Positions 15,608 through 25,188 of a stretch of DNA of 64,000 bases are shown here, piece by piece. Positions within the stretch are counted from its first letter, which is position 1; every line of letters starts with the position of its first letter. The stretch covers positions 310,001-374,000 of the IMG/VR virus record IMGVR_UViG_3300005613_000001; one strand, given 5' to 3'. The position numbers and the translations under genes were made by a program. Below the pieces are notes generated by a model. That model was given only the letters and a program-made list of their open reading frames with translations, was not told where the DNA came from and ran no database searches.

Positions 15608-16195
15608 TTAACCTGAAAAATACTTGCCTAATAAATCTTCAAATGGTCTCCCTCGCTTCTTTATTGTTGATCTCATACTCTTAAACCTTTGAGAGAATCC
15701 ATTTGTATCTAGTGATTCCCATTCTTTTATAGTTTTGAACACTCCTTCTGTTGCATATCTCAAAGGTCCATACCAAAATTCTGTTGCCCAAAATGTTGAA
15801 ATCAATTCGTCAAGAGTTGTATTTCTTGGATGTATTACGTGGCGTTTTGTATCTACACATACAATCATTCCTAAACTGTTTAGTGGAGATGGATAAACTA
15901 TTGTTTGTTTTGTCACTGGGGAGACTAATGACATAGCATGAACAAGAACTTTGCCACCACTATATTTTTTACTTCCAAAAATAAGATAAGGTAAAGGAAG
16001 ATTTACATAGTTTGATCCCTTTATCCTTAATCCCCTTTTGAGTCCTCGCACTTTAATTGTTCGCCTACAAGGGGGATACAATCTAAACGTAGGAGCTATT
16101 TTTTCGTAATTAGGCTCTCCCCATTCAATGTTAATTCTACTTGCAAGAGGTTTTGTGTACCACATATCATCTCCGTACAATTTTGTTTTGCGCAT
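15608..16195 (-). CDS. Prokaryotic E2 family D-like protein
   Basis: YPPCRRTI, LPLPYLIF, PSPLN..IVC, FWATEF, EWE. Confidence 0.5.
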   Translation of the reverse strand: MRKTKLYGDDMWYTKPLASRINIEWGEPNYEKIAPTFRLYPPCRRTIKVRGLKRGLRIKGSNYVNLPLPYLIFGSKKYSGGKVLVHAMSLVSPVTKQTIVYPSPLNSLGMIVCVDTKRHVIHPRNTTLDELISTFWATEFWYGPLRYATEGVFKTIKEWESLDTNGFSQRFKSMRSTIKKRGRPFEDLLGKYFSG

Positions 16196-16249
16196 AAAGC
16201 AAGCCCCACCATGCGGGGACAACGGTGAGGCTTGCGGTCGCCGTTCAAG

Positions 16250-16576
16250 CTAATATGGGTAGACTGGGTATATCTCGCGGTGGTATGCGCACGGCGGCAC
16301 AACGGGCACAACAGGTCGTGGCGGGCAAATGAATGCTCTGAGCCTGGGGCACCATACCCTTTCAAGCACTACTTTTGGAGTATAAACCGTTCTCGGCGTA
16401 TACACCGTCCTCGTTTGTTGTTCCCACACAGTTCGGGGGACGTAGTAGGTCTGTTGTGCTGGTTCCCATACCGTTTGCGGTTGATAGATGGTTCTTTCCT
16501 GGTATACCGGAGGGCCAAATGCCATCGCGGAAGACGCAAGAACCATCACCAAAACACCGCACAGAATCCATCTCAT
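16250..16576 (-). CDS. Secreted Pro/Val/Tyr/Thr-rich repeat protein
   Basis: Signal peptide (ASSAMA); repeats PQTVW, PRTVW, RTVY, PRTVY. Confidence 0.6.
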   Translation of the reverse strand: MRWILCGVLVMVLASSAMAFGPPVYQERTIYQPQTVWEPAQQTYYVPRTVWEQQTRTVYTPRTVYTPKVVLERVWCPRLRAFICPPRPVVPVVPPCAYHREIYPVYPY

Positions 16577-16627
16577 ATCGTTTCTCCTATTCTGGGTTAC
16601 AACCCCTCTACTTCCAACATACCATGT

Positions 16628-16825
16628 TTATTGGGAATGTAAAGCTTCCAATTTTCGGACTTTCTTTAGCAATCGTTGAATACGATATCCAGTCTCACCG
16701 CACATGACCACTTGAGAGTATAACTCAAGATACTCTTCATCGCTCAGATTCTTCACTTCGCCAAGCTTATCAGGATTTATAAATTCTTGGAGTGTCAAGA
16801 TTTTACAAATCCTATTACTTGGCAT
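16628..16825 (-). CDS. Hypothetical protein
   Basis: Short ORF in operon order. Confidence 0.45.
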   Translation of the reverse strand: MPSNRICKILTLQEFINPDKLGEVKNLSDEEYLELYSQVVMCGETGYRIQRLLKKVRKLEALHSQ

Positions 16826-16980
16826 GTGACCGGCTCGCCTTCAAATTCATTGGGAATTTTGGAGGCTTGTTCGGCGGTTTCAACACGGGCCTGTAAACTA
16901 CCATCTTTTCCAAACCCGACTGCTGCAAAATGATAGGCTTTGCTGAAACGTAGCTTTCTGGCTACATCGTCTGAAGTCAT
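16795..16980 (-). CDS. Small hypothetical protein
   Basis: ATG with GGGG SD directly after the vWA gene. Confidence 0.55.
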   Translation of the reverse strand: MTSDDVARKLRFSKAYHFAAVGFGKDGSLQARVETAEQASKIPNEFEGEPVTCQVIGFVKS

Positions 16981-16984
16981 TTTA

Positions 16985-17800
16985 TTACCCCTTTAAATCT
17001 TTATCCGCCTGCTTTGCCTGGGCCTTAATTCTTTCAATAGAAGAAGGCGTAGCGCTTTGGGCACCTATATTGCCTGCTGTTTTGTCATCTTCCTCCGTCA
17101 AATTGGTGCAGTCCAACATTTCAGCGCTGTCAGAATAAAAATTAACCGCGCTGGGAACAACACCGGCTGAACGGGAAGTAAAATATTGCTTTTGCCGAGT
17201 CCTAGTGGCACGATACCCAGCACCCAAAGCGCTGGCGTTGGTATCTTTAAGCACCGCACAGTTGGCAACAGGAATTGAAAAGTTTTTAGCTGCCTTTTCA
17301 ACTTCCCTCTTTGAAACGCCCATCCAAGAAACCGTCCATTGTTGCTTGCCTTCGGAGTTTTTCACTTCTTGGATAGATTGAGACATTTCATTAACAATCG
17401 GATTCCCATTTACTCCTGGGTACTTTTGTGACGAATTTTCATCGCCATCTGTCATAATGACGATCATTCCGGCATCATTTTCCCCAAGTTGAATGGTCTC
17501 TTTGGCTTTCGATAAAACGTAAGCCACAGCATCATTTAATGCTGTTCCACCCGTAGGCAGATAGGTTTGTTCTGTCAACTCAACCAATTCATCTGCCGAC
17601 TGACACCACAAATGTTCGTCTGCATGATGGTTAAATGTAACAAGACACACCAAAACTTCCTGCTCTCCCTCTTCATGTACATCTTTGTACATTTGGACCT
17701 TTTCATTAAAATCTGAAATGGTCTTCATCTTCTTTTCTGGATACTGACCCATAGAGCCAGATTTGTCCAGAAGTAAAATTACATAAGTCTTAGGTTTCAT
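16985..17800 (-). CDS. von Willebrand factor A (vWA) domain protein
   Basis: MIDAS DKSGSM, GGTALNDA, MTDGDEN. Confidence 0.9.
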   Translation of the reverse strand: MKPKTYVILLLDKSGSMGQYPEKKMKTISDFNEKVQMYKDVHEEGEQEVLVCLVTFNHHADEHLWCQSADELVELTEQTYLPTGGTALNDAVAYVLSKAKETIQLGENDAGMIVIMTDGDENSSQKYPGVNGNPIVNEMSQSIQEVKNSEGKQQWTVSWMGVSKREVEKAAKNFSIPVANCAVLKDTNASALGAGYRATRTRQKQYFTSRSAGVVPSAVNFYSDSAEMLDCTNLTEEDDKTAGNIGAQSATPSSIERIKAQAKQADKDLKG

Positions 17801-17810
17801 TCGAAACTCC

Positions 17811-18218
17811 TTAAATTAGCTTTCTAGCCTTTTGGCATGTTTCTTTTAAGTCTTTGACTCCCTTAAACGGAGTTTTAGGTTTGGCTTTGCACGTACCACA
17901 CCTGGGTACGGGATTGCCGGGCAGAGCAACACCCTGAGGATTAGGCATTCCCTCTGGAACTTCGCCGTGAGTTAATCCCGCCTCAGTTTCATGACCTTCT
18001 GCTTTGTCCATTTTAAGTTCCTCAGTCAAAGGTTTAAATTTTCCACTCTTGACAAATCTTACTTCATACGGAAGCATTTCGTCAATATCTTTTTCTTCTT
18101 TAGCAGTAAGCCCACTGTGATAGACCACATGAATGCCATCGGCACCCACACCTATTCCTTCCACATTGGGAAAGGCTGTGATTACTGCTAATTCAAGTTT
18201 AATGTTAGGATCTAACAT
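17811..18218 (-). CDS. Hypothetical protein
   Basis: 135 aa ORF in operon order. Confidence 0.6.
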   Translation of the reverse strand: MLDPNIKLELAVITAFPNVEGIGVGADGIHVVYHSGLTAKEEKDIDEMLPYEVRFVKSGKFKPLTEELKMDKAEGHETEAGLTHGEVPEGMPNPQGVALPGNPVPRCGTCKAKPKTPFKGVKDLKETCQKARKLI

Positions 18219-18219
18219 T

Positions 18220-19203
18220 TCACTTATTACCTACCTTAACGCCATTCAAGAAACCTTCTTTAGTTTCTTCGCGTTTTCCACCTTCAAGGATTTGTTGGCA
18301 AAGTTCAGGGTTGATATAATTTACATAAATCATACCAGCCGGTTCTTCTTCCCAGAAATCAATATCCTTGGGATCAACACCGATTTCCTGATCGATCCTG
18401 GCACCAGCACCCACTTCTAATTTCTTGGTGGCTGCTCTTTTGGCACTAACACTTCTGGTAGCACCGCGCTCCTGCACATCCATGCTTTCTAGTCCCAATT
18501 CATCGGCAGCATAACTAAGAGTGTCAGCATCACCATTAAACGAACAGCACTTAGCCATAGTGCCGCCGCCAGCGCCCATGCTATACAGCCGTCTCTCACG
18601 ATATACCGGCTTCGGCTTTGCTTCCTTACTTAAATAAAAGGCAAATCCAATTGCCCAAACTCGGTCTTCACCGATCATTTGCTGTGCTACACCACGCTGC
18701 ATTTCTTCTTCGGAGATAATGTACTGCCGCACTTCACCTTGTTCATTTCTGAACCCATCCAACCACAAGGTTTGACCCGTAGTGGTCGAAATATAGCTTT
18801 GCGCAGGCCATTTGTACTCACACTCTGGGCAAAAACGATCCTGCTGAAAATCAACATTATGAATTGGGCATTGCTTTTTGTACTGCTCCAAATTCAAAGC
18901 AGTCATTTTCTTACCAGTGAGCGGATTAATGCCCTGGACAGAAATAACGACTGCAACTTCATGGGCGTGCCCTTGATTCATCGTGAAATCAAACCACATT
19001 CCCTTTCCCGCTTCTACGGGAACAAAATAACTAGATGCTTTATCTGAGCCGTTCATCCAGTTTTCGGGGCACTTAGGGTATTCATCTACCACATGTGCCG
19101 GTCTTGGAGCGCCGGGTGGCAATGAATGAAGATCATCGCCTTCCAATGCCTGAGGAGTGTGAATTACTGCACTTAAACCATTAACTGTCATTACATTATT
19201 CAT
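18220..19203 (-). CDS. Conserved uncharacterised protein (WLDG..RQ motif)
   Basis: 327 aa; GINPLTG, LWLDGF..VRQY, IGFAFY motifs. Confidence 0.75.
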   Translation of the reverse strand: MNNVMTVNGLSAVIHTPQALEGDDLHSLPPGAPRPAHVVDEYPKCPENWMNGSDKASSYFVPVEAGKGMWFDFTMNQGHAHEVAVVISVQGINPLTGKKMTALNLEQYKKQCPIHNVDFQQDRFCPECEYKWPAQSYISTTTGQTLWLDGFRNEQGEVRQYIISEEEMQRGVAQQMIGEDRVWAIGFAFYLSKEAKPKPVYRERRLYSMGAGGGTMAKCCSFNGDADTLSYAADELGLESMDVQERGATRSVSAKRAATKKLEVGAGARIDQEIGVDPKDIDFWEEEPAGMIYVNYINPELCQQILEGGKREETKEGFLNGVKVGNK

Positions 19204-19242
19204 TTTATTTTCCTCTTTCTTGAAATTGCTTTAGAAAAGAAA

Positions 19243-19274
19243 CCCAAACCCCCGGCTTATGCCGGGGGTTTGGG
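19243..19274 (-). terminator. Intrinsic terminator
   Basis: 14-bp stem CCCAAACCCCCGGC/GCCGGGGGTTTGGG followed by TTTCTTTTCT on the minus strand. Confidence 0.8.
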
Positions 19275-19283
19275 AATTCTCAT

Positions 19284-20159
19284 TTACCAAACTCTGTGAC
19301 CCGTTTTGAAGGGATCATTCGTACCGCCACCCATCTTTTTGCCTCCAAGTCGGATTTTAAGCTGAGGCAGAGTGCCCAAGCTATCCTGTTCTTGGAATTT
19401 GACGGAGGCTTTCGGGTAGCGTTTTGCTACCTGGGCGAAATCTTTACCTTGAACTCGGTCAAAGATATCGATTTCTTTATCGTCTTCCTCTCCCGTTCGC
19501 ACAGCAAGATAAACAAGCTGTTGAACATTCAAAGGAAGACTCGCCCAATTGCAACCGGCGTCAGAGACACCATCGGGGCGAAGCGGCGTACCCGGTTCGG
19601 CAGGGTTCTCGCTGGCAAATCGGTCGGGACGTTCGCCCACACGATAAACCTGCGACGGAACACCATCAACTGTTACAGTATCTCTTTCGGGATACTCCAA
19701 GTTGACGATTTCATCCACCAACTGCTTGGAAAGTTCCGGGTTAAGAGAACCGTCCTTGTTATAAACAAGGCAACGACGATCATTGGTAGCCTCTTTCAGC
19801 TTTAAGCCGTAGGGGCTGATATGATTGTCGGGGTCAAAATGATCCACAAGCTGAACAGCGGTCAAAGTGGCCGCATGCTTTTCGGGATCATTAGAGATAT
19901 CGATCTTTATCGGCGTGGGAGCCGCCTTAGAATCGTCTTCACCCCGGAAGATACGAGCAATTCTACGGGCTCGGATTAACGGCACACCACACTTTTCGAT
20001 ATCTTCGAATCGGGCGGCGCACAGATCGTCGTCGCAAATTGCCTCGGGGTGGTTCTCTACGCCACAGAGTTTGGCGAACTTTTTCAAGAACTCATCAACA
20101 TTGACACTGGTGCCTTCTAGAGCTTGGCGCGCAGCATCCAACTTTTCGGTAGCATTCAT
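19284..20159 (-). CDS. Hypothetical protein, possible N-terminal SAM/HhH-like helical domain
   Basis: 291 aa; AAGGAG SD; FEDIEKCGVPLIRARRI. Confidence 0.75.
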   Translation of the reverse strand: MNATEKLDAARQALEGTSVNVDEFLKKFAKLCGVENHPEAICDDDLCAARFEDIEKCGVPLIRARRIARIFRGEDDSKAAPTPIKIDISNDPEKHAATLTAVQLVDHFDPDNHISPYGLKLKEATNDRRCLVYNKDGSLNPELSKQLVDEIVNLEYPERDTVTVDGVPSQVYRVGERPDRFASENPAEPGTPLRPDGVSDAGCNWASLPLNVQQLVYLAVRTGEEDDKEIDIFDRVQGKDFAQVAKRYPKASVKFQEQDSLGTLPQLKIRLGGKKMGGGTNDPFKTGHRVW

Positions 20160-20363
20160 GGCTACTCTCCTTTCTCGGTTTTACGGATTTACTCGGTTTT
20201 ACTCTACTCTCTAACTCTCTCTTCTCTTCTGGTCCAGGCTTTCCGTCCTGGCACGGGCGAGGATTGCTACGGCAGGGCTCTTTTTCGGGGCCAGCCGGTG
20301 CGGTGTCTTCGCTACACCTTTAATCTAGTGTGGCAGAAGCGATTTTTCTGCCGTCTTTTCCCA

Positions 20364-20393
20364 TTATAGCATAGCAAATTATAGCATAGCAAA
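20364..20393 (-). repeat. Tandem 15-bp duplication, each copy containing TGCTATAAT (extended -10)
   Basis: TTATAGCATAGCAAA x2. Confidence 0.75.
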
Positions 20394-20467
20394 ATGGAAA
20401 GTAAACCAGTTTTTTACCGCCACTTTTGGGGGGTATATAGCCACTCTAACATTCCCCTCTATCTTCC

Positions 20468-20478
20468 ATTATACCACA
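20468..20478 (-). promoter_or_regulatory. Extended -10 promoter element TGTGG-TATAAT
   Basis: Same motif at 8302-8312, 12022-12032 and 37106-37116. Confidence 0.6.
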
Positions 20479-20536
20479 GGGTTAGGGAAAGCAAAGTGGC
20501 AAGCATAAATAGTATAGTCAAACCAAGGAGGTTGAT

Positions 20537-21238
20537 ATGAAAAAGCGTTATCGTCCTATTCTTTTCTTCCTCATCTTCTTTATGACTACAGCTTTGATTT
20601 TCACCATGATTAACCAGAAAGAAGGCGAGCGTCCGAACCTAATCAACAAACTTGTTGAAACGGTAACTGTAGATCATAAGCCGGTCTACACAGGGGAACA
20701 TAAGTTTGTCATACCCCAAAATTTTGATCTAGTAAAGAAGGTCATGCTCTACAAAGACCCACAACCAGCCATTGTAGAGGCAAATAATGGCAGACTTTTA
20801 AGCAGCCAGGTTGATGAATCTGATGTTATTTCTGTAATGCCTTTACTTGTTGAGGCAAAAACATCTTACACCGTAGAATATAATGGAGAATTTACTGCTA
20901 TTCTGGAAATGGAACAAGATTGCAGCTTTAAAGCCGCAGACATAAAAACACACACTAGAATGATAAAACCCACTGAACGCCTCAAAGTTTATGAATGCAT
21001 AATCATACTGAAGAAATCAGATCGGGGCACGTTGGGTACAATTCAAATAACAACTGGTGTGCAGTATTGGGTGCCCAAAGGAGCTACGGGAATTGTTGAT
21101 AAAAAGCTCAAAAAGGCCATAGATGAAGAATGTCAAATTACGGCTGAGGCTCTTGCCAAATATGTTGATGACCACAAAAATGATCGATTTAATTTAAGAG
21201 AATTATTAGACAAGCGAAAAACGACCAAAGATCACTAA
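20537..21238 (+). CDS. Membrane-anchored hypothetical protein
   Basis: N-terminal TM; GGAGG SD; upstream CATAAATA. Confidence 0.75.
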   Translation: MKKRYRPILFFLIFFMTTALIFTMINQKEGERPNLINKLVETVTVDHKPVYTGEHKFVIPQNFDLVKKVMLYKDPQPAIVEANNGRLLSSQVDESDVISVMPLLVEAKTSYTVEYNGEFTAILEMEQDCSFKAADIKTHTRMIKPTERLKVYECIIILKKSDRGTLGTIQITTGVQYWVPKGATGIVDKKLKKAIDEECQITAEALAKYVDDHKNDRFNLRELLDKRKTTKDH

Positions 21239-21244
21239 ATAAAA

Positions 21245-21637
21245 TTGATGAAAACATTTAGGCAATTTATAGAACAACGTCTTATAGCAGAAGCCGCGCC
21301 CCTTGGTGGTCCAATGGGCGGCGGCATTTCAGCACCGGGTGCGCTACCTCCCGGTGGTCCTCCTGGGATGGGCGGTGGCGCTCCACCTATGCCACCACCA
21401 CCAGGAGGGATGGGTGGCATGGGCGGACCTCCTATGGCTCCCCCTATGGGCGATCCAATGATGGGCGGGGGAATGCAACAAAAGCCCCTGCATTTAAAAC
21501 CTTTGGATGTGTGGCAAGTTTTAGAACGTATTTTGAGTGGTAAAGAGGTTGAGGAAAAAAAGAAGCAAGAACCTCAACAGCAACAACAACCACCGCAACA
21601 ACAAGGTCCGCCTCCACCGCAACATCTTCAAATGTAA
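21245..21637 (+). CDS. Pro/Gly/Met/Gln-rich low-complexity protein with MKTFRQF N-terminus
   Basis: ACTAAATA late motif upstream; N-terminus resembles a capsid-targeting sequence. Confidence 0.7.
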   Translation: MMKTFRQFIEQRLIAEAAPLGGPMGGGISAPGALPPGGPPGMGGGAPPMPPPPGGMGGMGGPPMAPPMGDPMMGGGMQQKPLHLKPLDVWQVLERILSGKEVEEKKKQEPQQQQQPPQQQGPPPPQHLQM

Positions 21638-21644
21638 ATAAAAG

Positions 21645-21673
21645 TTGACTTTTAATGCAGTTTACTCTAAATT
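21645..21673 (+). promoter_or_regulatory. sigma70-type promoter
   Basis: TTGACT-N17-TAAATT before the gp47-like gene. Confidence 0.6.
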
Positions 21674-21679
21674 CTCTGT

Positions 21680-22780
21680 ATGGATTCTAACCGCGTTTTA
21701 ATATATTCCGATCTGCATATTCACCCCCACAAGAAAAGCCACGAACGCCTCTATGATTGTTTAGAGGTTTTGGAATGGGTTTTTAAAACTGCGGAAGAAA
21801 AGGGGGCGCGAAATATCATATTTGTTGGGGATTTATTTCATGATCGCCAAAAGGTAGATGTATTAACGTACCAACACACCTTTGAGATTTTTGAAAAACA
21901 CCTTTGCAATAGTCAAATGAAGGCTTGGATGCTTCTCGGCAACCATGATATGTGGTCTAGAGAGAAGTGGGATTATTCTAGCGTTAAGCCTTTAGGTTCG
22001 GTATGCGGGGTTACGGTGATTGATGAGCCCTGCACGATTTCGATAGATGAGTTTGGCCGACCACCTTTTATAAGTTTCTTGCCCTTCACCAAAAATCCCA
22101 TTGAAGCTCTTTCTAATCTTGACAACGACAGCGACTTTAAAATTCTTTTCGCACATATCGCTGTTGATGGAGCTTTGTGGAATGTTCGTTCTAATACCTT
22201 TGCTGAGGTATTAATTGAGCATGATGGGGATATGGTGAAGGTAGATGCGGGCATTCTCAGTAAGTGGGATCAAGTATTTTTAGGTCACTATCATGCTGCC
22301 CAAAACATTACAGATAAAATTGAATATATTGGGTCTCCATTACAATTAAGCTATGGAGAGGCTTTTCAGAAGAAGCATATCATTCTTTATGATTTGAATA
22401 CCCATGAAAAAGAATATATTACAAATACATTTAGCCCTAAGCACTATGTCTATGAGCTTTCTGAGTGTCCAAGAGCTAAGTTTGATGCAAATGTAGATTT
22501 ATTTGTAAAGATTAAGACAGAGGATATAACCTCTCCTGAAAACATTGAAGCACAAAAGAAGATATTAGAATTACCTAATTGCAAGGAAGCCCGAGTTGAT
22601 CCTATCAAAAAGAACAAAGCAGAAGAACAAAAATCTATAGAAGATGCAAAGGCTATTCTATTAAATGAGGATGAAATGGCTGAACGCTATTTGGATGAAG
22701 TGGGTACAAATGGATTAGATCGTCAGAAGCTACTAGATGTTTTTAAAACAATATGCAATAAAAGGGAGCAAAATGCCTAG
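21680..22780 (+). CDS. gp47: Recombination endonuclease subunit (gp47/SbcD/Mre11-like)
   Basis: SDLH, GDLFH, GNHD, GHYH metallophosphoesterase motifs; adjacent to the gp46-like gene. Confidence 0.92.
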   Translation: MDSNRVLIYSDLHIHPHKKSHERLYDCLEVLEWVFKTAEEKGARNIIFVGDLFHDRQKVDVLTYQHTFEIFEKHLCNSQMKAWMLLGNHDMWSREKWDYSSVKPLGSVCGVTVIDEPCTISIDEFGRPPFISFLPFTKNPIEALSNLDNDSDFKILFAHIAVDGALWNVRSNTFAEVLIEHDGDMVKVDAGILSKWDQVFLGHYHAAQNITDKIEYIGSPLQLSYGEAFQKKHIILYDLNTHEKEYITNTFSPKHYVYELSECPRAKFDANVDLFVKIKTEDITSPENIEAQKKILELPNCKEARVDPIKKNKAEEQKSIEDAKAILLNEDEMAERYLDEVGTNGLDRQKLLDVFKTICNKREQNA

Positions 22781-23054
22781 TGATAAAAAAATATTCTTAG
22801 AAGTTTGTCATGATTACGACATTCCTCTAGAAAATGCAGAACGAGCTTGGGAAAAGCTTGAGTTTTTGAAGGAATATATTAAAAAATATTGGAGCCGATG
22901 TAAGGATATGCAGTTTTATTCTACAGAGGAAAGATTAAAACTAAGAACCTCAGCGGCAGAGGCAGGAATGGAAATTACTCCTAGTGATTTAGACCGATTG
23001 ATTGATATTTTAGGAACGGTGCAGGACGGAATCAATGAATGGGAAGCTGAATGA
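22773..23054 (+). CDS. Hypothetical protein
   Basis: Couples gp47 and gp46 by short overlaps. Confidence 0.65.
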   Translation: MPSDKKIFLEVCHDYDIPLENAERAWEKLEFLKEYIKKYWSRCKDMQFYSTEERLKLRTSAAEAGMEITPSDLDRLIDILGTVQDGINEWEAE

Positions 23055-25030
23055 AAAAGGTATATGTCAAAGCGCAAAACTTCTTGTGTTTTGGCCCCGA
23101 AGGTATTGAAATAAATTTCGATGATTATGGAAATATAATCAATATTTGGGGCGAAAATCTAGATGTTGAACCCATAAGAAGTAATGGAACTGGGAAAAGT
23201 TCCTTTCCTGAAATCTTTACCTATGCGCTTTATGGTAAAACTATTAAAAACCATAAGAAGATCAAGCATGCCAATGTAATTAATAATCAGGTAAAAAAGA
23301 AGCTCTTTGTTGAATTCCAATGGGACAATTACCGTGTAGTTCGCACCCGAAAACCTGATTCTCTTAGGTTCTGGGAAAGCGAAGATAGGGCTTGGAATGA
23401 AAATACAGAGAGAACGCTAGGCACTTCCCGAGCCACCCAAGAAGAAATTGATAAAGCTATTGGCTTGAGCTATGACAGCTTTATTAACATTGTCATGTTC
23501 ACCGACCGAAATGAAGGTTCATTTCTTGAGTGTGACGGCCCTGAAAAGCGGAAAATAGTAGAAAATCTTCTGTCGTTAGAAAAATATCGTGAATACTGTG
23601 AAATTGTTAAGGAGTTGAGGAAAAAACTCAAAGAAAACATCGAGTTGATGTTGAAAGATTTGGACCGCCTCATAAATGAGAGGAAAGTTGCGGAGAATCG
23701 TGTAGAACATATAAAGTCCCAGGAGACGCTGTGGCGTAATAAATTAAAAGACGAAATAAAAGACCTCATTGCGAGAGCTAAAGTTAAAAAGGAATCTTTA
23801 GAATCCACCACAGAGGGCTCAGCACTGGCATTCTGGCAGTCTGCCCAGGAATCACTCAAAGAAATCCAAATTCAACTGGATGCATTGGAAGAAAAGAAAA
23901 AGAAATTAAATAGTATTGCTCAGGAAATAAGAAGCAACTCAGACAAAACACGGGAATCCAGACATGCTCTAATTCTTGAAATACAGACACATAAAAGAAC
24001 AATTGAAGATAATAATAATTCAACTAAGAATCATAATGAATTTATTCGCAACTTAGAAAGCCGTAGAGGGGGGAAATGTCCATATTGTTTTGGTGCTGTT
24101 ACTGATGAGAATTGCAATAATGCAATCCTTAAAACTCATGATGAAATCAAAAAGTTGGAAATCTCTAGTGATGAAATCCAATTTAAAATTAATGAGGCGG
24201 AAAGTAAGGTAGCCAATAAGGACAAATTGATCTCAAAATTCACAGAGGGACTTGCTACGGTAGATGAAAAGCAACGAGAGATTAATAATCGTAAGAATGC
24301 ATTAAATGAAGAGTATTCATCTCATGCCAAGATTCCACGTCCTGATGTAGATGCTAAGCATCTTGTTCTTGAAAAAGAAATTGAGGAACTTAAGAAGCAG
24401 GCAATGGAGAAAACCAAGGCATATGAGGGTCCATCGCCCCATGCTGAGATTCTTGAAAATGCCAAGATTGAGTTAAATGATAAAATCAAAGATATAGATG
24501 AAAAATCTAATGAAATTGAGGAAGCTAGAAATTTAGTACCATATTATGATTTTTGGGCACACGCTTTTGGAGATACTGGAATACGGAAGTTCATTATTGA
24601 TGGAATTATCCCAGCCCTAAACTCTAGGGTATCGTTCTGGTTAGATTATTTGATGGATGGCATTGTATCTTTGGTATTTGACAATGAATTAAATGAAACT
24701 ATTGAACGAAGTCCGCCTGATGGGGATGCATTTGTTTATCATGCTATGTCAGCGGGCGAAAAAAGAATGCTTAATCTAGCGGTTTCCCAGGCTTTTGCCC
24801 ATGTTATGACATTGAGCTATGGAGCTTCCCCTCCTTTCGTATTTTTAGATGAAGCCGCCTCAAATATGGATGAGATAGCCAAGCAGGGCGTTTATAATAT
24901 GATTTACGAGTTGTCAAAGTCTAAGCAGGTTTTTGTCACAAGCCACGACCCTCACCTGTTAAATCTTTTAGAAGGGTGTGACAAAATCGGTCTCAGAAAA
25001 AAGGATGGATTCACAAAGCTTGTAAATTAA
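23051..25030 (+). CDS. gp46: Recombination endonuclease ATPase subunit (gp46/SbcC/Rad50-like)
   Basis: Walker A SNGTGKS, coiled coil with a CPYC hook, MSAGEK signature, LDE Walker B, SH loop. Confidence 0.95.
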   Translation: MKKVYVKAQNFLCFGPEGIEINFDDYGNIINIWGENLDVEPIRSNGTGKSSFPEIFTYALYGKTIKNHKKIKHANVINNQVKKKLFVEFQWDNYRVVRTRKPDSLRFWESEDRAWNENTERTLGTSRATQEEIDKAIGLSYDSFINIVMFTDRNEGSFLECDGPEKRKIVENLLSLEKYREYCEIVKELRKKLKENIELMLKDLDRLINERKVAENRVEHIKSQETLWRNKLKDEIKDLIARAKVKKESLESTTEGSALAFWQSAQESLKEIQIQLDALEEKKKKLNSIAQEIRSNSDKTRESRHALILEIQTHKRTIEDNNNSTKNHNEFIRNLESRRGGKCPYCFGAVTDENCNNAILKTHDEIKKLEISSDEIQFKINEAESKVANKDKLISKFTEGLATVDEKQREINNRKNALNEEYSSHAKIPRPDVDAKHLVLEKEIEELKKQAMEKTKAYEGPSPHAEILENAKIELNDKIKDIDEKSNEIEEARNLVPYYDFWAHAFGDTGIRKFIIDGIIPALNSRVSFWLDYLMDGIVSLVFDNELNETIERSPPDGDAFVYHAMSAGEKRMLNLAVSQAFAHVMTLSYGASPPFVFLDEAASNMDEIAKQGVYNMIYELSKSKQVFVTSHDPHLLNLLEGCDKIGLRKKDGFTKLVN

Positions 25031-25061
25031 ACTTGATTAAAATGGGCGATAGTTTATACTT

Positions 25062-25090
25062 AAGGGCTCTCCATTTGAGAGCCTTTTTTT
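25062..25090 (+). terminator. Probable terminator after the gp46-like gene
   Basis: GGCTCTC/GAGAGCC stem plus T7. Confidence 0.6.
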
Positions 25091-25188
25091 ATTATAAATT
25101 TTGTTAAAATAATAGCTATTTTTTTTCGATTCATAACACTTAGATATACGAATGCGATGGTTGAGTTCAACGAAGAAGGAAATAAAAT

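Noticed and set aside
19296-20214. Plus-strand ORFs of 169, 93 and 115 aa (also 39009-39344, 45027-46076, 55529-55828)
   Set aside because: They are antisense shadows of GC-richer genuine genes and have no SD or motifs.
20225-20260. c-di-GMP-I riboswitch (GGACGGAAAGCC)
   Set aside because: There is no upstream GGCAAAC/GAAA P2 arm or downstream P3 pattern.
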